This document shows positions 55,450-64,000 of a stretch of DNA of 64,000 bases, in pieces. Positions within the stretch are counted from its first letter, which is position 1. The number at the start of each line of letters is the position of its first letter. Origin of the DNA: Octopus vulgaris (taxonomy: Eukaryota). Below the pieces are notes generated by a model, which did no database searches, was not told the origin of the DNA, and was given only the letters and a program-made list of their open reading frames with translations. The stretch lies in the NCBI GenBank assembly GCA_951406725.2, contig OX597818.1:79422001-79486000 (forward strand). Reading direction: 5' to 3'. Made by a program: the position numbers and the translations under genes.

Positions 55450-57100
55450 TAAGTTAAAGGTGTTTAAAGCCTCTAAGTGACAGATATATCCAAAGGCACT
55501 TCTGGTAATTACATCAGTAGGTATATTCCTTGGTAAAAGGTATACGACAGCAGGTAATTTAGCGGGTAACTGTAGTTTCATTTATATAGACGAGAAGAAA
55601 ATGGAGGAAAAATAACAAATAGGAGTGTGTCTTTTCTGCTAGTAAGCTATTATTTAATTAATTAATAAAGGTGAGAGTGAGAGTGAAGTTGTTTATGATC
55701 GTTTCTGTTTACCATGCTGAGGAAAATAATTATTTATATTTTTGCCTCGTTGCCAATGTTAGATATCGTCAGAACGAAGAGATCAGAGGTAGGGAGAAGA
55801 AGGGTGAAAGATCAATGGTTACATCGGAAAAGAGAAGATCAAAGTTTCGAGTGTCTTGCATTATAGTTGGATTCACAGTTCGTTAAGTCCGTTGTGAGGT
55901 GGAGGAAGAATACAGGTTAGTTCGACCTGTGGACTCATGGTTATTCAGTGGCATGTCTTGCACGTACCTGTGACTTCTGGGGATTCACCGGCGGTGCAAT
56001 GTAAGGGAGCTAACTCTAATTAGGGAAAACCGGTGTTATTATAATGACCTACGTGTCATTGAAATATAGGTTGTTGGTGGTTCGTATTATATCAGGAAGC
56101 TATATATTGGTGTAAAATATGGAACGATTGTCGGTCCGATCTAGCGTGTTGAGAGTCTCATTGCCGTAATACTATTTTGTTATGAAGAGTGCACATAGAA
56201 AAAGAAGGTGGGAAGGGAAAGTTTGCGTGTAAGTATCGTAGGTGGTTCTCGGTTAAAAAAATAATTATATGCATACATAGGCTAGTGTAGGATGTAGAGT
56301 AGGTATATAATCATTGGTTTATTATGTCGGTTTGGAGTAGGGTAACGTAGAATATGTGCTAGGTATTTTGTGTATTTATCTATAATGTAAGTTTGGGTTA
56401 GTGTAAGTGGTTAAGAGGAGGTAATGCGCTGGTGAGTAAGTCTGCTAGTAGGGGTAAGGATAGGATAGTGATATGTACACGATAAAGCAGGTTTAACGAA
56501 CCTTAGAAAAGACATATTGGCCTATATGCAGACAAAAGAAATTATTTTCATGTTTTTTATTCTGTAGAGGCGGTTTATACATTAATATATTCAGGAGCTC
56601 TGTTAAATAGAGATCGCACCGCTTATTAGTAGAGTTATAAGACAAGGTGATTTTAAACTATAATTAATTTTTTTATCCTTTAATTCCCAGATGTAGCTAC
56701 TAAGCTCTGCAGAGTTTGCTTTTCTTCTATTTCTAAAGCTAGATTGGTGTGAGTTGTATCTCAGTATCATTTGGTTTTTCGTGGCGCCTATATACGATTT
56801 CGTATGGTTATTTGTGAGTACATCACATTGGTATACTACATCTTCTGTTTTACACCTTTTAGAGAATTAGCACTTAATTCTGTCTATCTGTACTATCTGT
56901 GCTAGTGTTGTGATGAGGAGGGCTATACTTAGCCTGGTTGTTGTCTGTGTTGCTTGAAGGCGCATCTTTAGGGGTAGGATTTCTTCTATTTGCAGGTTGG
57001 CTGTTCTGTTTTCTGTTGCTGATTTTCCTGGTTTTATAGTTGTCCAGTTTATTATCATTTATCGAGGCTATGATAGTACGATAAGTAGTAGCGCCTGTAT
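55450..57100 (-). mobile_element. Decayed Penelope-like element 3' part (GIY-YIG plus long 3' region)
   Basis: Minus strand ~56855-56730 reads KTEDVVYQCDVLTNNHTKSYIGATKNQMILRYNSHQSSFRN. Confidence 0.75.
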
Positions 57101-57637
57101 ATGTGTAAACATGCATATTTTTACGTGTGTGTGTGTGTATGTGTGTGTATCTTCTATCTTTTCTGACAAAGATATCGAGTGCCATCGTTGAACTGTAGAT
57201 GAAAACAAATTCACATTTTGAACTTGAGAAAAGTCTTGCATATTTTTACTGTCTGTCGCCATATGCGAGTTAGCAGGTTGGTTTCTTTTACGAAAACCCG
57301 AACTCTTCCAGATTGTACTAACATAACCAAGTGCACAAATTATTATGGGAATAGATGTTAATTTATTATCTGGGTATAGAAGCCGAAAGTTCGGAAGCAG
57401 ATATCTGTAGTTATCCTCTTTCTCTGATTTTCGAAAATATTCTCATCATCTGATCAGATGACCTCTATGACGGCACATGCGTTTCTTTCCTGTTCCAAGC
57501 AAATATATCCAGCATGTTATGTAAGTATTTGTATGTATTTATGTTTGTATGTATGTATGTATGTATGCATGTATGTATGTATATATGTATGTATGCATGT
57601 ATGCATGTATACATACATATATATATATGTATGTGTT

Positions 57638-57644
57638 AGTAGTA

Positions 57645-57681
<37 letters not shown>

Positions 57682-57682
57682 T

Positions 57683-57748
<66 letters not shown>
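57638..57748. repeat. (AGT)n microsatellite
   Basis: Directly visible. Confidence 0.95.
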
Positions 57749-58157
57749 ATACCCTGTGGAAAATTCTACGATTATTTTGAAAATTAGAAGATGGAATTGA
57801 ATATTTTTCTGAACCATTAGTATCTTGAGATTATGTAAAATTCCATATAAGTAGTATTGAAGATGCAATATAAAGGAACAACTCCTCTGAATGTTTTTTT
57901 ATATTCTTACATCTTCCAGTTTTTGCTGTGTGTTATTTTTCACTTCATGTTAAGAATGAAGTAGTTTTAGGTATGGAACAAAATGAAAAACATTATCTAT
58001 AGTTCTATTGTTTCAATACGTTGGTAAAGTTTTAATAAATCTTAATACGGCGATTTGAAAACAAATATAAAAATACTTTACCCTCCATTTGTTACTTTTA
58101 AATCTGTTGTTGGACATATTGTAAAAGTTTTGTCTGATCATACGATAGTTAATTCAC

Positions 58158-58572
58158 TAAAGCGCATGCGTTAACTGATTGGTAAAAGTGAAAGAACAAA
58201 GTATTAAAATTCGCTGTTCCCTTCATTAAACACATTCTTTCTCTCTCGCTTTGTCTCTGTCTCTCGTTTTTTCTCTCTGCCTCTCACATTCCCTGTCTCT
58301 TTGTCTCTTCCCTTTCCTTAAATATTAGCCACCCTCATTATGGCACCACATTTCCCTCAACCTAACACTCTTTGCACCCTTCTCATTTTTATCATGTAAT
58401 AGCCCAACCCCCCTAGGGAGCCCATTATCGATTTTTATTGAAATCCATTTAACCTATAATTGAACTGGATATTAGCTTAATATGTATGCAAACTTTCGTG
58501 AAGATTGGTTCACTGGTTTAGGTTTCAAGATGGTAACAGGCAGACAGAAAAATGTTGCCATTTTTATATATT
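58158..58572 (-). mobile_element. Possible non-autonomous Helitron-like element
   Basis: CAAACTTTCGTGAAGATTGGTTCACTGGTTTAGG..CAGACAG..TTTTATATA end resembles 37330-37416. Confidence 0.4.
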
Positions 58573-58578
58573 ACATAC

Positions 58579-58649
<71 letters not shown>

Positions 58650-58666
<17 letters not shown>

Positions 58667-58830
58667 GACAGGCTTCTTTCAGTTTCCGTCTACCAAATCC
58701 ACTCACAAAGCTCTGGTCGGCCCAAGGCTATAGTAGAAAACACTTGCCCAAGGTGCCACGCAGCGGGACTGAACCGGGGACCATGTGGTTGGGAAGCAAG
58801 CTTCTTACAACACAGCCACTCCTGCACCTA
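58650..58830 (-). mobile_element. SINE family A 5' half
   Basis: Close match to 24510-24670. Confidence 0.9.
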
Positions 58831-58834
58831 TATA

Positions 58835-59520
58835 TATAAACATTATTGGTCGCACATACATAGTATATGTGTTTTATTTACACGCAAGGCTTAGTGCGAG
58901 AAAGCGTCCAAGGAAAATACCCTTATACCACTCCATGTGTTAAAGAGCACCTCAGTGTCACAGACCAGATGAGATAACTCGCCTCAGGACCACCTAGTAT
59001 AATAAATACTGATATTTCGTCATTATTAAGCGTATCAATATCATGTAATCGGATGATCTCAAGACGAAATGAATCACCGGTCTATGACATGCAAATAGAG
59101 TGAAGTCTTTCTGCTGATAGGACATGAAACAAAATTAAATATCGAATTAAAAGCAACCCTTGTAATATAAACATTATCTGTCGTACATACATAGTGTGTG
59201 TGTTTTGTTCATAAGCCAAATATACTGCAGGTTTAGCGTCTAGAGAAAGACCCTTAAACGACAGTAAGTGTTAAAGAACACCTGAATGTCACAAACCAGG
59301 TGAGAGAACTCACCTTGGAATCACCAAGAATGATAGATACCGATATTTTGCCATTATTAAGCTAATCAATACAAAATGCTTAATGTTTCGGCATTATTAA
59401 TCGTATCAATGTCATGTACTCGGATCATCTTGAAACGACTTGATTCGCTAATTTGTGACTTGTATGCAAATAGAGAGAAGTCTATTCGCTGATGTGTTGC
59501 ATAAGCAAAACATATACACT
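58835..59520. repeat. Diverged tandem duplication, ~330-bp unit, 2 copies
   Basis: Colinear blocks TATAAACATTAT..CATACATAGT, GTGTTAAAGA.CACCT, TGTCACA.ACCAG.TGAGA, CATTATTAA.CGTATCAAT.TCATGTA.TCGGAT and ATGCAAATAGAG.GAAGTCT. Confidence 0.85.
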
Positions 59521-59885
59521 ATGAAAGTGCAGCCGAAAAGGTTTATAATACTACAGGTGTTTTTAATTCGCAATTTAATTAATACATACGTGAGTGCATA
59601 AAAATTAAAGAATAAAATATGTACTGTGTATATATAATTATATCTTCACAATGACTTTGTTGTTTCGGTTGTGTCTGGATTCGTCAGACAAGCTAACGTA
59701 GTCGACAATCAGCATAACTTCGAAGTCTCTGTGGACATTTTTCTTGTATACTTGTAAAAAATTGGGTTTCTCTGCTTAGATGTATTGAGTAGTAATCCAC
59801 CAATTAATATTGGCCCATTTCCGTTTTATAATTATGCATACAGACACATATAGAATAGTAATATACATATAGATATGCGCGTGTG

Positions 59886-59948
<63 letters not shown>

Positions 59949-59955
59949 GTGCTTG

Positions 59956-59987
<32 letters not shown>

Positions 59988-60586
59988 CACATGTACATTG
60001 TTTATTATACACAGTATGTAGTTATAAGCTACTATTAGTAGCTCATAACTGTATACTGTGTATATTAAACAATATTTATCTTTCACCAGATGGAGTACAT
60101 TTTTGTTGATCGACCCTCAACAGAAACGTAAACTACACACACACGTATATGTATGATTATACATTTATAATTATATACATAAATTATATTCATATATATG
60201 TATATATATATGTATATATATATGTGTGTGTGTATGTGTGTGTATTTATATGTGTGTGTATACATATATGTGTGTATATATATATATATGTATATATATG
60301 TGTGTGTATGTGTGTGTATGTGTGTGTATATTTGTGTGTGTGTATGTGTGTGTATATCTGAGTGTGTATACATACAGACTGTTCTGTCAAGTTTACATCT
60401 ATCTCTCACACTCTCTCTCTCTCTCACTCTCTCTCTCTCTCACTCTCTCTCTCTCTCCATCTCTCACACTCTCTCTCTGCTTCATTCCGGGAAGTTAATT
60501 CTTAAGACGTAGACATCTTATTGAGAGTGCCCCAGCACAGTTAGATGGTATTTCAGTTGCAAGTACTTACAAAAGCAACATTTCCA

Positions 60587-60635
<49 letters not shown>

Positions 60636-60725
60636 TGTATGTATGTATGTATACATATATATATACATGCACATATATTTATTTATATATATATATTTAT
60701 ATCTATATACAGGCACATCTATATG

Positions 60726-60779
<54 letters not shown>

Positions 60780-60788
60780 CATACATAC

Positions 60789-60831
<43 letters not shown>

Positions 60832-62640
60832 CACACATATATCAAGTTGAACGTAAATATTTGAAATATCTTTCAGCACCACTCTTCATATATACCTCTC
60901 AGCCTGAAACGTCAAAAGGTACCGATGCCGCTGTATATCTCTTCTAGATTAATCTAGCTTATATATGTGTGTCTCAAACTGACAAACAATATAAACATCT
61001 TTTGCTACACTAAATATGTTTTGTTTAATATTTACACGATACAGATGGTTGTTTTGAACATTTTATAAGTTTTTGTTAAGTCTATCATAATTTCTTTCTA
61101 ACTTAGGCACAAGACCACACATCTGCTGGGTACAAACTATCAATTTATATTAATCATTATATCTATCTGTTACTTTTTAGTATTGATCACGGTTTAATGA
61201 AATTTTAGGGGAGACCCTATTGAGATTTGAACTAAGAGTATAACGAAAAACGTAAAAATATTTTACTTCTCTATCATCTCAAGCCTTCAAGTGAAGTCGC
61301 ATGGCCTAATATTTAAAATAATACACTCACGGTCTCAAGATCGTGGTTTCGATTCCGGAGCACGGTGATGCGTTGTGCTTCTAAGCAAAACAATTCGTTT
61401 TACGTTGCTCTACGATTCCTTCGAGATTTGACTTGCAGCACACCATGTACCTGTACAAATGAGCTAATGTACAGTACAAATATTTGATCACTACAAATAA
61501 AGCACCTGTGTAGGCTGTTCAACAACCCTCACCATCAGCATGAGCGTGTAAAGACAGGTATATATATATATGACGGACGGACTTCTGCACAGTTTTCGTC
61601 TACTTGTCTAAGGCGCTATGCTGTGGAACTGAACTCGTAACTTCGTGGTTGTAAAGCGAGCTTCTAAGCCACGTTTGCGCCTATAACAGCATAACTGCGC
61701 CTAAGATAGACCATAATGCTAGTAACTATAACTAAGTTAGTACTATTAGATAAAGTATACTATTGTTAACTATTATTATGATCATGTTGTTTATAACTAT
61801 TGGAATGATAGTCTGTACTATTAGTAACTTACTATTATTAAGATCATACTAGTAAAAATGATTACGAAGACAGACCTAACTATGAGTTATACAGATCATA
61901 CCATCAGTAGTTATTAATAGGATATGATTCGTAACTTGCCAATGTAAGATAGAGCATAGTATTAATAATTATTACTTAGTAACTACTAATAAGATAGAAC
62001 ATATAAACACTATCAAACAATCACATTCTATTTTTTCTGTAACGAATTTTGATGGCAACGTCATCTATTCTCTTTATTAATAAAAAAAGAGCATTTTTTG
62101 TCATTGTTCACTGGCAAATAATTATCTTTTGTCACGCATGGATGAGGGCTTTACACGGCTAAGCAATTGGAGCGCAGACTTATTGCAGTAGCCTCTGATT
62201 TGTAACATGATCAGGTTCAGCAAAAATCGCTTTATTTTTGTGTTTGTATGTAGTTTGACGCTTCTTTACCTTGATGAACTGTCTGGACAATCAATGTAGT
62301 TTATACAAGTAATTCACAGGTAAGTATTGATGCAAAGTTCACAAATGTTGAGACACTAACAAAACAGCCATACGCTAAGTCTACTGGGGTGGCAACTTTC
62401 TGAGAAGTGACACGGCAGAAGGAACCTGCCAAGTTGTCAAATGTCTAGAAGACAATGAAGAAATGTGATTGTATCAGATAAATAGCAGTGGTGGAGAAAT
62501 TTACGGTTGAAGGACGAGAAAACGGGAGCCCTATAACAATTATCCTTTCATATATGTGTGTGTGTGTGTGTATGAAAGCTGAATATTCATACGTCGTCTT
62601 CGCCGGGAAAGTCCGTGATACATTCATACATATATACATA

Positions 62641-62734
<94 letters not shown>

Positions 62735-62974
62735 AAAACTTAATTCATAAAAGGTTAAATGTTAACAATGGCTGTTGATTTCGACCGTTTTAAACTGAAT
62801 CTGTCGTCGGTCTACGAGATAAATATATAATTCAATTTGGAAAGGTGGTGGTGATTATAAGAAGTAATAATACAACTTACCTTAGTAATTACTTTCGCAT
62901 TTTAATTACATGAACTTTTTATTGCTTCCTGTTTTTGGGGTGTTTGGGGGGTTTTTTTGTCTCTGCGTGATGGA

Positions 62975-63910
62975 TTGGCAAGATCGCTAGGAAGACGGGG
63001 AAAAAAATTCCTTCTGGTATTTTTCCAGTTTTTTTACGATCTGTGTAATTTCGTGGAGAAATTAAGTCGATTACATCGACTCCAGTACTTAAATAGTACT
63101 TATTTTATTGGCCTGGCAGGGATGAAAGGCAAAATCGATCTCGACAGAATTTGAACTCAGAAATTAAAGACGGACGACTGTTACCCATTTCGCCCGGCCT
63201 GCTAACGAATCCGCCTTAGATAATAATCCTTTCTATCCTAGGTACACGGCCTGAAAATTTTGGGAAGGCGATAGTTCGTTACATTGCCCCCAGTGATTCA
63301 CTGGTACTTAATTTATCGACCCCGAGAGGATAAAAGTCGAAGTCAACCTCGGTGGAATTTGAACTCAGAACATAAAGGCGTACGAAATACCGTTACACAT
63401 TTTGTCCAGCGTGTTAACGATTCTCCCAGCTCGCCGCTTTAGATAAGGTTATCAACAAATAATACCTTAGTTCAAATTCCGCCGAGGTCAACTTTGCCTT
63501 GCATCCTTTCAGAGTCGATAAATTAAGTACCAGTGAAACACTGGGGTCGATGTAATCGACTAGTCTCCTCCCCACGAATTTCAGGCCTTGTGCCTTTAGT
63601 AGAAAGGGTTATTATTGTTACTGTTGTTGTTGCTGCTGCTGTTGCTGCTGTTGCTGCTGCTGCTGTTGTTGTTGTTGTTGTTAAAGCAACGTGCTGGCGG
63701 AATCGTTAGCATCGACTTCTTCCTCCCCTCAAAAACTGTTGGTCTTGTGCCAAAATTTGCTCCATTATTAGTATTACTATGTTGGAGACGAGGCGGTATA
63801 ACTAGCGCATCAGACTAAAATTCATCCAAAGTAACCTTGCTTTTCGTCCTTTCGGGATCGACAAATTAAGTTAAGCACTGACGTCGATATAATTATCTTA
63901 CGCCTAAAAT
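62975..63910. mobile_element. Cluster of family B SINEs (two minus, then plus-strand copies) ending in (ATT)n
   Basis: Family-diagnostic blocks at 63110-63160, 63310-63370, 63470-63605 and 63830-63870. Confidence 0.85.
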
Positions 63911-63916
63911 TGGAAG

Positions 63917-63983
<67 letters not shown>

Positions 63984-64000
63984 TTTATGGAAAGCGTCAT

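Noticed and set aside
59660-59700. Minus-strand CTGACGA...GAAAC hammerhead
   Set aside because: No pairing stem II and no NUH cleavage triplet.

Overview
AT-rich eukaryotic DNA made almost entirely of repeats, probably intronic or intergenic. The SINE families, microsatellite load and Penelope content resemble an octopod (coleoid cephalopod) genome; this is an inference. No intact protein-coding gene is supported, and most listed ORFs are translations of (TA)n, (CA)n or (AAT)n tracts. Recognisable content: decayed Tc1/mariner transposons and a MITE, Helitron/Helentron pieces, three Penelope-like (RT + GIY-YIG) elements, RTE and CR1 LINE 3' ends, three R4/Dong-clade restriction-like-endonuclease LINE fragments, and about 40 tRNA-derived SINE copies from three families. 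Two signals stand out. (1) Short non-coding elements embedded in (TA)n carry minimal type-I hammerhead ribozyme motifs, with stem covariation and a C3-G8/U3-A8 core swap, and often occur as long fold-back palindromes. (2) A 7-kb (AAT)n nest holds a ~550-bp non-coding retroposon with the same target polarity as the Dong/R4 LINEs; one copy is fused in frame to a candidate spliced exon. All alignments and folds were done by eye, and boundaries are approximate.
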